In this document: positions 27,118-38,502 of the stretch, in pieces
Layout of the letters: the number at the start of each line of letters is the position of its first letter
Numbering within the stretch: position 1 is the first letter of the stretch
From: an uncultured Deinococcaceae bacterium
GTDB lineage: Bacteria > Deinococcota > Deinococci > Deinococcales > Deinococcaceae
DNA length: 64,000 nucleotides
Reading direction: 5' to 3'
Assembly: GCA_964252075.1 (NCBI GenBank)
Contig: CAXULY010000005.1
Location: forward strand, 64,001-128,000
The notes under the pieces: generated by a model
Database searches by the model: none
Seen by the model: the letters and a program-made list of their open reading frames with translations, nothing else
Told to the model about the DNA's origin: nothing
Translations under genes and position numbers: made by a program

Positions 27118-28049
27118 GCGCCAGCCCCATACATGCGCTCAAGGAAGGACAGCGGGTCGAGGGCCTCGCGGAAGAACACCTGCCGGAGGCCGGCGGTCTC
27201 GTCGAACGCGACGGCGCCGTCCGTGAGTCGGCTCACCTCGTCGACGAGGTCGATGAGGGCGTTCTCATCGAGCTTGAACGCCATGCCGGGCGATCCAACA
27301 CCGAACAGGCACTCTTGCACGCTGAGCAGCTGTCGGCCGAGCGCGCGGGCCGCGGCGAACGTCGCGAGCGCATACCCGAACACCTCGGGGGCAAGGCTCG
27401 GCTTGGCGCCAACGACGAAGCGGTACGTGTCCTTCTCTCCCCGCGGCTGCACGAGCGAGAGCTCGACGAGGGGACAGTCGAACGTCTCCTCCGCGGCGCC
27501 GCTCGCGCGCTGCGCAGGCAGGTACGTGCGCAGGCAGCACTCCACGTCCCGGTCGAGGGACGCGGTGCGAGCGTGGATACCGTTGCGCTCCACGAATGAG
27601 AGAATGAACTGCTGCAACTCCGCCTTAGTAAAGTCGTGCCGGTTGAAGTGCGCGAACGCGAGGTGCCACGACGCGGAGCGGGCGGGATTAGACACGAGCT
27701 GCCAGTGGAGCAGCCACAGCGTCGCGGGATTCTCCAGGTACGGGTCCCACCCGTCGTCGTCGAGCAGCCTCGACCCGAGGTCCGTAGCGCGAACGCCACG
27801 CCCGTTCGTCTCCTCGGCGAGCGACATGGCGAGCAGCCAGTGGCGGATGCTCGCGACCATGTTCTTCCCCACTCCGAGGCGGACCATCGCCTCTTCCGTG
27901 GTGAAGATGCCCGGATCGACCTTCTGGGCTTCGTGGCCCTTCTTCAACCAACCGTGTCGGAAGGTGAACGTTTCGTGTCCGGCGAAGCTCCAGCGTTGCC
28001 GGGCTTCGGAGGCATTCGGTTGGATCAGCGTAGTCGCAGTGGCGTTCAT
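27114..28049 (-). CDS. sspB: DUF4007 protein (SspB-like)
   Basis: FAGHETF.R.GWLKK, LGVGKNMV.SIR.W, DPYLE...TLWLLHW, ETAGLRQ. Confidence 0.88.
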   Translation of the reverse strand: MNATATTLIQPNASEARQRWSFAGHETFTFRHGWLKKGHEAQKVDPGIFTTEEAMVRLGVGKNMVASIRHWLLAMSLAEETNGRGVRATDLGSRLLDDDGWDPYLENPATLWLLHWQLVSNPARSASWHLAFAHFNRHDFTKAELQQFILSFVERNGIHARTASLDRDVECCLRTYLPAQRASGAAEETFDCPLVELSLVQPRGEKDTYRFVVGAKPSLAPEVFGYALATFAAARALGRQLLSVQECLFGVGSPGMAFKLDENALIDLVDEVSRLTDGAVAFDETAGLRQVFFREALDPLSFLERMYGAGA

Positions 28050-28462
28050 GGTGTGCAGATACAACTCCGTTCACGGATACCGGGGGGCGCAGCTGCACAA
28101 ACCCTGACCCTTCGTTGGGCCAGGAATATGTCGCGCGACCAAAGACCACTCGCCCAGGTCTTCATCACACGCCAATATACCCTGCGAATCCCGATAGGAC
28201 GGCATTACAGACGTAATGCCTCCGTGAGCGTTAGGTTAGGTGCCCAGGTGATCCGTACCGGAGCGTCAACAGTGCCCATAGTCCCAGATCCATGAACAGG
28301 AGTTCATGATGGTCTACAGGTCGGAGAATACCTTGCCTTGTGCCGTCTGCCCAACAGCACATTGAGGATGTCCGCTTACACCAGCATATTTGGGTTATCT
28401 CGTTTGAGCTGAGGCTGTTGTAAACGTCACCAGTACTCAGTGACATTGTCTGTCGAAGAGGG

Positions 28463-28481
28463 GTAGCCCATGCGTAGCCCA
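28463..28481. repeat. direct repeat GTAGCCCA x2 (11-bp period), candidate integrase arm-binding sites
   Basis: GTAGCCCA-TGC-GTAGCCCA, about 70 bp from the tRNA 3' end. Confidence 0.45.
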
Positions 28482-28513
28482 CGAGGCATCTCCAGCTGCC
28501 GAGCAAGACCAAG

Positions 28514-28548
28514 CAAAAAGAAGGAAGGCCCACTCAGTGGGCCTTCCT
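28514..28548 (-). terminator. intrinsic terminator after tRNA-Pro
   Basis: AGGAAGGCCCACT / AGTGGGCCTTCCT inverted repeat followed by a U-rich tract on the minus strand. Confidence 0.8.
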
Positions 28549-28550
28549 GC

Positions 28551-28627
<77 letters not shown>

Positions 28628-28697
28628 ACATCCGGACATCACCGCGGGGGCGACGTCAAACCAGCAAGGGGGACTATAGCCCACCAGCCGCCAGTGG

Positions 28698-29363
28698 TCA
28701 ACCGTCCATGATCTTGGGCAGCATGCGCAGCCACGCCATCTCCGGCCAGCGGACGAGCATGGTGAGCGCCTCGTCGGAGAGCGGCGCGTCGAGCTCGATG
28801 CTCAGGAGGGCGCTGCCGCCGCGCCGTTCGCGCGTGCAGTTCAGGGTGGCGATGTTCACGCCGTCCGCCGCGATGAGGGCCGCGACGCGCGCGATCACGC
28901 CGATGGCGTCGGTGTAGCGGGTGAGGAGGGTGGGGGAGGCGCCGCTGAAGGCGGTCTTGAAGCCGTCCACGCGGATCACCTCGATGACGCCGCCGCCGGT
29001 GCTGCTGGCGGTGACGCGCACCTCGTGGCCGCCGCCCGTGAGGTGCAGGTGCGCGGTGTTGGGGTGCACGTCCCCGAGGTCCACGTCGCTGAAGGTGTAC
29101 GTGAGGTTCGCTGCCTGTGCCTCCTCGAAGGCGCGGGGGAGGCGCGGGTCGTCCGGGTGGTAACCGAGCAGCCCGGCGACCAGGGCGAGGTGCGTGCCGT
29201 GCCCGCGCCCGGTCTTGGCGAAGGAGGCGTGCAGGCCGATCTCCGCCGTCTCGGGTGGGCGGCCCAGCAGGTGGCGGGCCACCAGCCCGATGCGGCAGGC
29301 GCCCGCCGTGTGGCTGCTGGACGGCCCGATCATGACGGGACCGATCATGTCGAGGAGGCTCAT
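28698..29363 (-). CDS. sdaAB: L-serine dehydratase beta subunit with ACT domain
   Basis: [37 protein letters not shown]. Confidence 0.92.
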   Translation of the reverse strand: MSLLDMIGPVMIGPSSSHTAGACRIGLVARHLLGRPPETAEIGLHASFAKTGRGHGTHLALVAGLLGYHPDDPRLPRAFEEAQAANLTYTFSDVDLGDVHPNTAHLHLTGGGHEVRVTASSTGGGVIEVIRVDGFKTAFSGASPTLLTRYTDAIGVIARVAALIAADGVNIATLNCTRERRGGSALLSIELDAPLSDEALTMLVRWPEMAWLRMLPKIMDG

Positions 29364-29472
29364 GGCCCGAGTGTAGGGCGTGGCGCGGTGTTCCCGCTGT
29401 GGGGCCCGGCGCATTACTTCAGTTTGGAAGGACATCGCTATTGGTGGCGCGGCGAACTCTCATACTGAAGTC

Positions 29473-30402
29473 ATGCCCAGGCTGCGTCCCCTGCCCATGA
29501 TCCTCACCGCTGCAGCGGCGACCGTCGCCCTGCGCGCGGCATCCCGCCGCCCCACCCAGACCCTCAACGCCCTCACGCCCCGACTGGGCCTGCGCGTGTT
29601 CAAGGACCTCCTGTACGGCCCCGAAGCACGCCACACCCTCGACCTGTACGTGCCCGCCACGCGCGGCCTCGCGCCCGTGGTGGTCTTCGTGCACGGCGGC
29701 AGCTGGACCAGCGGCGACAAAAACATGTACGTCTTCGTGGGTGAGAGCCTCGCCCGCGCGGGCTTCGTCACGGCCGTCATCAACTACCGACTGGCGCCCC
29801 AGCACCGCTACCCGGACTACGTAACGGACACCGCGCTCGCCACGGCGTGGCTGCACTCCAACGCCGCGCGGTTCGGCGGGGACCCCACGCGGCTGTTCCT
29901 GACCGGGCACAGCGCCGGGGCCTTCAACGTGGTGGCGCTCGCCAGCCACCCCACCTGGCTGGACGAGTACGGCGTCCCGCACGCGCACCTGCGCGGGGTG
30001 GTGGGCATCGCCGGGCCGTACGACGTGGACTTCCGGCTGTACCCCGGCACGGACCCCGCCCGGGCCTTCCCGGAGGGCAGCGACCCCGCCCTCATCATGC
30101 CGAACCGCTTCGTGCGCGCGAGCCCACCGCCCGCCCCCACCCTGCTGCTGAGCGCCGGGCGCGACCAGGTGGTAGGCCCCGAGCAGGCGCCCCTCATGGC
30201 GACCGCCCTGCGCGCCGCGGGCGGCGAGGTGAGCGTGCAGGTGCTGCCGCGCCTCGACCACTACACCATCATCGGCGCGATGAGCCGCAACCTGCGCTTC
30301 CTGGGAGACACGCGCGCCGCGGTGGTGGCGTTCATCCGCGCGCACGTCGGCATCCCCGCACCGGACCCCAGCGAGGCGGCGCCGGGGCCGCTGAGCGCCT
30401 GA
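29473..30402 (+). CDS. alpha/beta hydrolase (esterase)
   Basis: HGGSW, GHSAG, D..V, H motifs. Confidence 0.88.
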   Translation: MPRLRPLPMILTAAAATVALRAASRRPTQTLNALTPRLGLRVFKDLLYGPEARHTLDLYVPATRGLAPVVVFVHGGSWTSGDKNMYVFVGESLARAGFVTAVINYRLAPQHRYPDYVTDTALATAWLHSNAARFGGDPTRLFLTGHSAGAFNVVALASHPTWLDEYGVPHAHLRGVVGIAGPYDVDFRLYPGTDPARAFPEGSDPALIMPNRFVRASPPPAPTLLLSAGRDQVVGPEQAPLMATALRAAGGEVSVQVLPRLDHYTIIGAMSRNLRFLGDTRAAVVAFIRAHVGIPAPDPSEAAPGPLSA

Positions 30403-31247
30403 TGCGGCCCGCCCTCCTGAGCGCGCTGGCCGCCGCCACCCTCACGCTCGCCGCGTGCTCACCCACGCGCCTCGCGAACGCCAGCGCCCCCCTGAATGGC
30501 CTCACGGTCACGCGCGACCTGAAGTACGGTCCGGACGCCCGCAACGCGCTGGACCTCTACGCCCCCGCAGGGGCGCGGCGCGCGCCCACGGTGCTGTTCA
30601 TCCATGGGGGCAGCTGGACGGGCGGCAGCAAGGACGACTACCGCTTCGTGGGCGAGAGCCTCGCGCGCGCCGGGTACGTGACGGCCATCATGAGTTACCG
30701 CCTGGCGCCCCGCAACCGCTACCCCAGCTACATCCAGGACGCCGCCCAGGCCCTGCGCTGGCTGCGCGACCACGCGGACGAGCACGGCGGAAACCCGGAC
30801 GCGCTGAACGTCGTGGGGCACAGCGCCGGCGCGTACAACGCCCTGGAAGTCACCCTGAACGCCCGCTGGCTCGCGGAGGCGGGCGTGCCCATCACCAGCG
30901 TCCGGAGCGTGGTGGGCATCGCGGGCCCCTACGATTACGACTTCCGGCAGGGCAACACGAAAAACGCCTTCCCCGAGAACGCCACACCCGAGCAGGTCAT
31001 GCCGAGCCGCCACGTGCGCCCCGACCCACCCCCCACCCTGCTGCTGGTCGCCGCGAAGGACCAGGTAGTGGGCCCCGAGAACGCCCAGCGGATGCTGGCC
31101 GCTCTGCAGGCGCGGCGCGCGGACGTGACGCTCACCACCCTGCCGGGCGTGGACCACTACACCATCATCGGGGCGCTAGGCCGCAACCTGCAGTTCCTGG
31201 GCGGCACGCGCGCCGCCGTGCTGGCCTTCTTGGACCAGCACCGGTGA
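30402..31247 (+). CDS. alpha/beta hydrolase lipoprotein, paralog of the preceding gene
   Basis: Lipobox LAAC; HGGSW, GHSAG. Confidence 0.88.
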   Translation: MRPALLSALAAATLTLAACSPTRLANASAPLNGLTVTRDLKYGPDARNALDLYAPAGARRAPTVLFIHGGSWTGGSKDDYRFVGESLARAGYVTAIMSYRLAPRNRYPSYIQDAAQALRWLRDHADEHGGNPDALNVVGHSAGAYNALEVTLNARWLAEAGVPITSVRSVVGIAGPYDYDFRQGNTKNAFPENATPEQVMPSRHVRPDPPPTLLLVAAKDQVVGPENAQRMLAALQARRADVTLTTLPGVDHYTIIGALGRNLQFLGGTRAAVLAFLDQHR

Positions 31248-31822
31248 CGCCCCTGCGCTTCACGGTGCTGTCGTGCAGCCTCGACCCGGAGAGCCGTAGC
31301 CGCCGCCTCGCGCACCTCGCGCGGGCCAGACTGGAGGCGCAGGGACACCAGGTCACCCTGCTCGACCTGCGCGACCACCCGCTGCCCGCCTTCGACAACG
31401 ACGCGGTGTTCGAGAGCCCGGCGTACGCCACGCTGCACCAGGGCATCCGCGAGGCGGACGGCGTGTTCCTCGCGGTGCCCATCTACAACTGGGCGGTGGG
31501 CGGCGCCGCGAAGCACCTGATTGAGGCGACGGGCGCCACGGACGGCGCGCGCAGGGCCGCATGGTTCGATCAGGTCGTGACGTTCCTGTGCGCGGGCGGC
31601 CTGCCGCACAGCTACATGGCCTACACCAGCCTCGCCGCGTCCCTCATGCTGGACTTCAAGTGCGTGCTGAACCCCTACGTGGTGTACGCCTCGGGCCGCG
31701 ACTGGGAGGGCGACGACCTGTCCCCGGCCCTGGAGGCGCGCCTCGACAAGACCCTGCGCGTGAAACTGGAACTCGCACAGCGCCTGCGGGGCCGCACGTA
31801 CACCTCCTACTGGGAGATCTGA
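31244..31822 (+). CDS. NADPH-dependent FMN reductase
   Basis: [24 protein letters not shown]. Confidence 0.82.
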   Translation: MTPLRFTVLSCSLDPESRSRRLAHLARARLEAQGHQVTLLDLRDHPLPAFDNDAVFESPAYATLHQGIREADGVFLAVPIYNWAVGGAAKHLIEATGATDGARRAAWFDQVVTFLCAGGLPHSYMAYTSLAASLMLDFKCVLNPYVVYASGRDWEGDDLSPALEARLDKTLRVKLELAQRLRGRTYTSYWEI

Positions 31823-31829
31823 CGCCCGG

Positions 31830-32743
31830 TCAGCGTCCCTCGCGCGCGTCGTGCAGGAGGTCCTGCGCGGTCGCCAGGGCGCTCGGGCCGAGCGGGCTGC
31901 GCGTGACGCCCAGCAGCGTGCCCAGGCGGTCCTGGCGGGTGGAGGTCAGGTGCGTCCAGCCCTCCAGGTCCGCGCGGTGCGTGCCGGCGGCCTCGTCGCG
32001 CAGCAGGCGCACGGCGCCGTCGTAGTACCCGGACTGGAAGGCGGCGCGCGCCCACTTCTCCTGCTCCACGAGGCCCAGGCCGCGCGTGGCGAGCAGCACC
32101 TTGCGCGCCTCGTCCTCCCCGCCGAAGCCGTACAGGTGCTCCAGGCGGTACACGGCGCGCGGGAATTTCAGGCCCGCCGCCGCGCGCCACGCATGCGGCA
32201 GGCGCACCTCGAACTCCGGCCACAGGCGCAGGTGCGTCAGGAGCGCCGGGTACAGCAGCTGTAAGGCCACCTCGCGCGCCTCCACCAGTGCCAGCAGCTG
32301 TCCCTGCACGACGCGGCCCGGCCCGGCGAGGTCCGCGCGGGCGGCGTTCAGGCGGGTCTGCGCCTGCGCCAGCAGTTCCTCGCGGTGCACCGCGAGGCGC
32401 TCCTCGCTGAGGCCCCACAGCAGCTTCTGAATGCGCCCGTAATGCCCGGTGGGATCGTATGCGACGCGGCTCGTGGCGAGCAGCGCCAGCGGCGCCTCCT
32501 CGCGCGCGGTGTCCCACTCCCGCCAGCGTTCCAGCTGCTCGTACGGGAAGCGCTCCACCGTGAGGCCCGCGCGGCGCTCCAGCTGCCGGGACACCAGCCC
32601 GCGCTCGAAGGTCACGAAGTACGGCTGGCTGCCCCCCCAGGCCTGCTCGGTGCCGTAACTGCCCGCCCAGGCCACCGCGCGCACCCGCCGCTCCGCGACG
32701 AGGCGCTCCATGGTCTTGTCGGGGTCGGCGCCCATGGCGGGAT

Positions 32744-32747
<4 letters not shown>
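31830..32747 (-). CDS. hypothetical protein coupled to herA
   Basis: 305-aa ORF; GTGA overlap with the herA stop. Confidence 0.7.
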
Positions 32748-34542
<1,795 letters not shown>

Positions 34543-34546
<4 letters not shown>

Positions 34547-35583
34547 GCGACCGCTCCCGGCGCGCCCAGCCCGATCTCCTGCGCGAGGTGCGCGCGGATG
34601 CGGCGCGTGACCAGCTCCGCGCTGCCCATCGCGCGGCTCATGGCCTGCTCCAGCGCGCCCGTCGGGATGAGGTTCTGCGGCGCGCGCGGGTCCTTGTGCA
34701 GCTTGCTGCCCAGCTTGCACAGCAGCGTGCCCGACAGGTCCGCGATGCGCTGCACGCTGCGCGGCAGGAAATCCGGCTCGTCGGGCGCGTACATTTCCAG
34801 GCGCATCACGCCGGACATGGGGTGCAGGTAAAAGGGCGCCTCGCACAGGCGCACGTACCACGTGAAGCGCGTGAAGCGCCCGCCGGGGTAGCGCAGGAAC
34901 ACGATGGGCGTGCGCTCGCCGGGCTTCAGGTGTGACAGTAGCCCCACCCGGTCCGCGGGGAGGTACATGGTCTGGATGGTCTTCACGCAGCCCACCACCG
35001 CGCCCCCCAGGTTGCGCGAGCGCAGGGTGCCGTCCTGCAGGGTGAGGGCGGTCAGGGCCTCCTGCGGGTCGTCCTCGTCGAAGGGCACGCTGGACGCCAG
35101 GCCGTGCGAGAGTTCCTGCTCGCGCGCCAGCATCGCCGCCTGCACCGCGTGCAGCGGCGCGTCTGGGTGGTCGCCCTGCGTGAAGGTCGGGGTGTAGATC
35201 AGGGCGCCCGTGTGCGGGTTCCTGGGGCTCAGGCGCGCCTGCTCCAGCGTGAGGCCCGGCGTGTGCGCCAGCAACCGCTCGGCGCGCACATCCAGCAGCT
35301 CGGCGGCGCGCGAGCCGTGCGGGCAGATGGACACGGTGCCCGCCACGAAGGCGCCGTAGCCCGCGAAGCTCAGCTCGCCCGCGTCGTTCTCCACGAGCAG
35401 GCGCGCGTCCATGCGGCGCTTGCCGTCCACGAGGTACACGGTCCGCAGGCGCTCCGGGATGGGCCGCGCGGGAATGGCGTCCCAGCGTTCGGTCTCCACG
35501 TCGAACAGCTCACCGTCAAACGCCTTCAGGCTCAGTTGGCCGTCCGCGGTGTCCACGGGCCAGGGATCGAGGCGAATGCGCAT
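34543..35583 (-). CDS. nurA: NurA nuclease
   Basis: [21 protein letters not shown]; coupled to herA. Confidence 0.85.
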
Positions 35584-35652
35584 GCGGGCATTGTAGCGGA
35601 CCCGTGCGCGCACTTAGGGCCGGGCGAAGCGGCGCGCGCCCCTTACGCCAAC

Positions 35653-35675
35653 AAAAAAACCGGGGTGTCCCCGGT
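35653..35675 (-). terminator. intrinsic terminator
   Basis: ACCGGGG/CCCCGGT hairpin plus a poly-U tract on the minus strand. Confidence 0.7.
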
Positions 35676-35691
35676 CATTCCCCTGCGAACC

Positions 35692-35916
35692 TCACTGTCC
35701 CGGCGCGGCGTCCCGGGCGTCCAGCAACTCGGGGTAATTGAGCTGCATGTCATTCCAGGTCAGGAGGCGCATGCTGCCGCCCTCCTCGTCCTCCACCAGC
35801 CAGTAGCGATCCACGCTGTCCTTGTAGATCATGCTGCCGTCGCTCGCCACCAGGGTGCGCTGGCACTTCTTCAGATGCATTCGGCATTCCTCGCCGTTCA
35901 CGACCAGTTCTCGCAT
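35692..35916 (-). CDS. small hypothetical protein
   Basis: 74-aa ORF with AAGGA RBS and a downstream terminator. Confidence 0.6.
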   Translation of the reverse strand: MRELVVNGEECRMHLKKCQRTLVASDGSMIYKDSVDRYWLVEDEEGGSMRLLTWNDMQLNYPELLDARDAAPGQ

Positions 35917-35988
35917 AAGCGTCCTGGGTCCTTTATACCACCTTCACCTGCGTGCAAATGCCCAAAGCTCACGAAGAGGTAAAGACCC

Positions 35989-36636
35989 CTACAGCAGGCC
36001 CGCGCGCAGCGCCTTCACCGCCGCGTGCGTGCGGTCCAGCGCGCCCAGCTTGCCCAGCACCTCCTGCACGTGCAGCTTCACGGTGCTGACGCTCACCCCC
36101 AGCGCCCGCGCGATCTCCTTGTTGCTCTGGCCCTCCGCGACGTGCCGCAGCACCTCCAGCTCGCGCTCCGTGAGGGGGCTGCCCTCGCCCTCCGGCGCGC
36201 GCACGAGGCCCAGCACCATGCCCGCCACCTGCGGGTCCAGGAACGCGCTCCCCGCCGCCGCCGCCTTGATGGCGATGGTCAGCAGCGCCGGGTCGCCGCT
36301 CTTCAGGACGTAGGCGTCCGCGCCGCTCGCGAGCGCCGCGAAGACCTCATCGCGCAGGCCGTGCGCGGTGAGCATCACCACGCGCGCGCCGGGCCGCAGG
36401 GCCTTCACCCGCCCCGCCGCCTCGATGCCGTCCATGCCGGGCAGCCCGATGTCCATCACCACCACGTCCGGGCGCGCCCCGACCAGCTGCTCCAGCGCTT
36501 CCTCACCGCTGCGCGCCTCGCCCACCACGCGCAACTCCGGGTCGAAGTTGATGCTGGCGCGCAGGCCCGCCCGCGTGAAGGCGTGGTCCTCGACCAGAAA
36601 GACGGTGGTGGGCGCGGAATGCGGGGCGTCGGTCAT
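35989..36636 (-). CDS. NarL/LuxR-family response regulator
   Basis: LVEDH, VMDIGLP, LTERELEVL...SNKEIA HTH. Confidence 0.92.
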   Translation of the reverse strand: MTDAPHSAPTTVFLVEDHAFTRAGLRASINFDPELRVVGEARSGEEALEQLVGARPDVVVMDIGLPGMDGIEAAGRVKALRPGARVVMLTAHGLRDEVFAALASGADAYVLKSGDPALLTIAIKAAAAGSAFLDPQVAGMVLGLVRAPEGEGSPLTERELEVLRHVAEGQSNKEIARALGVSVSTVKLHVQEVLGKLGALDRTHAAVKALRAGLL

Positions 36637-38090
36637 GCGCGCGGGAGCCTCACTTCGAAGGTGGTGCGCTCGCCCGGCGGGCGGCGGTACGCGATGCTAC
36701 CACCGTGCGTCTCGGCGATGCGCCGCGCGAGGTACAGCCCCAGCCCGCTCCCCGCGCCCGCCCCGTGCCCCCGGAAGCGCTGGAAGAGCCGTGCTCGCGC
36801 CTCGGTCGGCACGCCCGGCCCGTCATCCCGCACGGTGAGCAGGGCGTCCGCGCCGTCCGCCGTTACGTCCACCCGCACCTCGCCGTCCGGCGGGCTCCAT
36901 TTCAGGGCGTTCTCGATGAGGTTCTGCACGAGGCGCCGCAGCTCGCCCGGCTGTCCCAGCACACTCAGGCCAGGGTCTGTCTGGACGGAGAGCCGCACCT
37001 GCGGCGCCGCGCCCCGCATGGCGTCCGCGCGCTCCGCGACCAGCGCGCCGAAATCCAGCGGCGTGCGGTCCTGCCCGGCCTCGCCGCTCTCCAGGCGCGC
37101 CACCATCAGCAGCTTGTCCGCGAGGTCCAGCAGGTCCTGGTTGGCCTGCAGGCCGCTCTCCAGACTCGCGCGGTAATCGCCCCGCAGCTCGCCGTACGCG
37201 CCCGCCAGCGCGAGGCGCATGCTCATCAGGTTCGCCATGAGGGGCGTGCGGAGGTCGTGCGAGAAGGCGTACACGAGGTCCCGCACCACCGCCCCCTGCC
37301 GCTGGGCCGCCGCCTGCCCCGCGCGCACCTCCGCGAGCAGCACCGCCGTGTCCAGCTGCGGCTCCAGCACCCGCAGTGCGCGCTCCAGCAGGGCCGCGTC
37401 GCCGGACGCCGCGCCGAACGCCAGCACCAGCAGGTCCTCGCCCTCCCGGCGCCGCCAGCGGCCCACCAGCACGTCCGCATCCCCGAAGGCCGCCGGGCCG
37501 TGCGCGGGCACCGCCAGCCAGTCCGCGGGCAGCGGACCGCCCGGCGCCCACGCGCCGGCCGGCGGTTCCGCCGCCAGCGGCGCCATCAGCGCGCCCCCCC
37601 GCACGGCGCCCACCACCACCTCCCGCGCGTTCAGCACGTCGCGCAATCCCGCCGCCGCGCGCGCCAGCACCTCGCGCGGCGCGTGCGGCCCACTCACGCG
37701 CTGCGCCAGCGCCCGCAGGCGCTCCTCCGTCTCCGCGCGGCGCTCCTGCACCGCCAGCAGCGCCACCCGCGCGGACGCCTCCGACAGCCGCGTGGTCAGG
37801 AGGCCCACCAGCAGGTACGACAGGGCGCTGAAGCCCCGGTTCGCGAGCGCCACCGCATCCCACCCACCGCTGGACAGCCCGTTGAAGAGGCCCGCCAGCA
37901 CGTTCGCCGCGAGCGCCAGTGCCACCAGCGACAGGGTGAAGCGCTTTGAAAGCGCCAGCGCCGAGAGCGCAATCGGGATGTTCAGCAGGATGCTCACCAC
38001 CAGCGCGGCGGGCGTCAGCACATCCAGCAGCAGGCCCAGCGCCAGCAGGGTCACGCTCGCCACGCGAATGGGGGAGACGCGGGCGCGCAT
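36633..38090 (-). CDS. membrane sensor histidine kinase
   Basis: N-terminal TM helices; SHDLRTP, NLIENALK, DDGPG, GSGLGL. Confidence 0.92.
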   Translation of the reverse strand: MRARVSPIRVASVTLLALGLLLDVLTPAALVVSILLNIPIALSALALSKRFTLSLVALALAANVLAGLFNGLSSGGWDAVALANRGFSALSYLLVGLLTTRLSEASARVALLAVQERRAETEERLRALAQRVSGPHAPREVLARAAAGLRDVLNAREVVVGAVRGGALMAPLAAEPPAGAWAPGGPLPADWLAVPAHGPAAFGDADVLVGRWRRREGEDLLVLAFGAASGDAALLERALRVLEPQLDTAVLLAEVRAGQAAAQRQGAVVRDLVYAFSHDLRTPLMANLMSMRLALAGAYGELRGDYRASLESGLQANQDLLDLADKLLMVARLESGEAGQDRTPLDFGALVAERADAMRGAAPQVRLSVQTDPGLSVLGQPGELRRLVQNLIENALKWSPPDGEVRVDVTADGADALLTVRDDGPGVPTEARARLFQRFRGHGAGAGSGLGLYLARRIAETHGGSIAYRRPPGERTTFEVRLPRA

Positions 38091-38332
38091 ACCCAGAGTG
38101 TAGGGCGGGGGTCAGAATGACGAGCAAAAACCGCCCATCATTCTGACCCGAGCGGACGCGAGGAACCGGGGCCAGGAGCGGTTGGAAGTGGAGTGGGTGG
38201 GGTGAATACCCCGCCCGCGCAACGGACAACCGCTCCTGGGGCCGCGCGGCTCACGGCCCTGGCCAGATGGCCAGTCGGAAGGGCCAGCGGGCGGATGGGC
38301 GCCCGCAAGCGTCGGGACCAGCATGGGCGGGT

Positions 38333-38413
38333 ATGAACACATTCCTCCTCATCCTGGTGGTGCTGGTGGGCGCGTACCTGCTGTACGCCCTGCTGCGCCC
38401 GGAGAAATTCTAG
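38333..38413 (+). CDS. kdpF: KdpF peptide (not in ORF track)
   Basis: MNTFLLILVVLVGAYLLYALLRPEKF with the YL.YAL..PE.F signature. Confidence 0.88.
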   Translation: MNTFLLILVVLVGAYLLYALLRPEKF

Positions 38414-38415
38414 CC

Positions 38416-38502
38416 ATGGGCGTCCTGACTGGGCTGCTGGTGCTGCTGACGCTCTTTGGCCTCGCGTGGGCCTTCCTGCGCTGGGCGGAGCGCGTCTCGT
38501 GA
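38416..38502 (+). CDS. second small hydrophobic Kdp-associated peptide (28 aa)
   Basis: [28 protein letters not shown]; its TGA overlaps the kdpA GTG. Confidence 0.6.
   Translation: MGVLTGLLVLLTLFGLAWAFLRWAERVS

Larger units (their letters stand above)
5855..28550. mobile_element. genomic island / integrative element adjoining the 3' end of tRNA-Pro (left boundary uncertain, may extend beyond the window)
   Basis: Integrase, replication module, IS and defence genes; composition shifts after 5855; ends at tRNA-Pro. No duplicated tRNA 3' end found in the window. Confidence 0.65.

Noticed and set aside
19277..28049. BREX type 4 or Dnd assignment
   Set aside because: No PglZ/BrxL or DndB/D/E genes; DUF4007 + ATPase + PAPS reductase + DUF262-DUF1524 fits Ssp.
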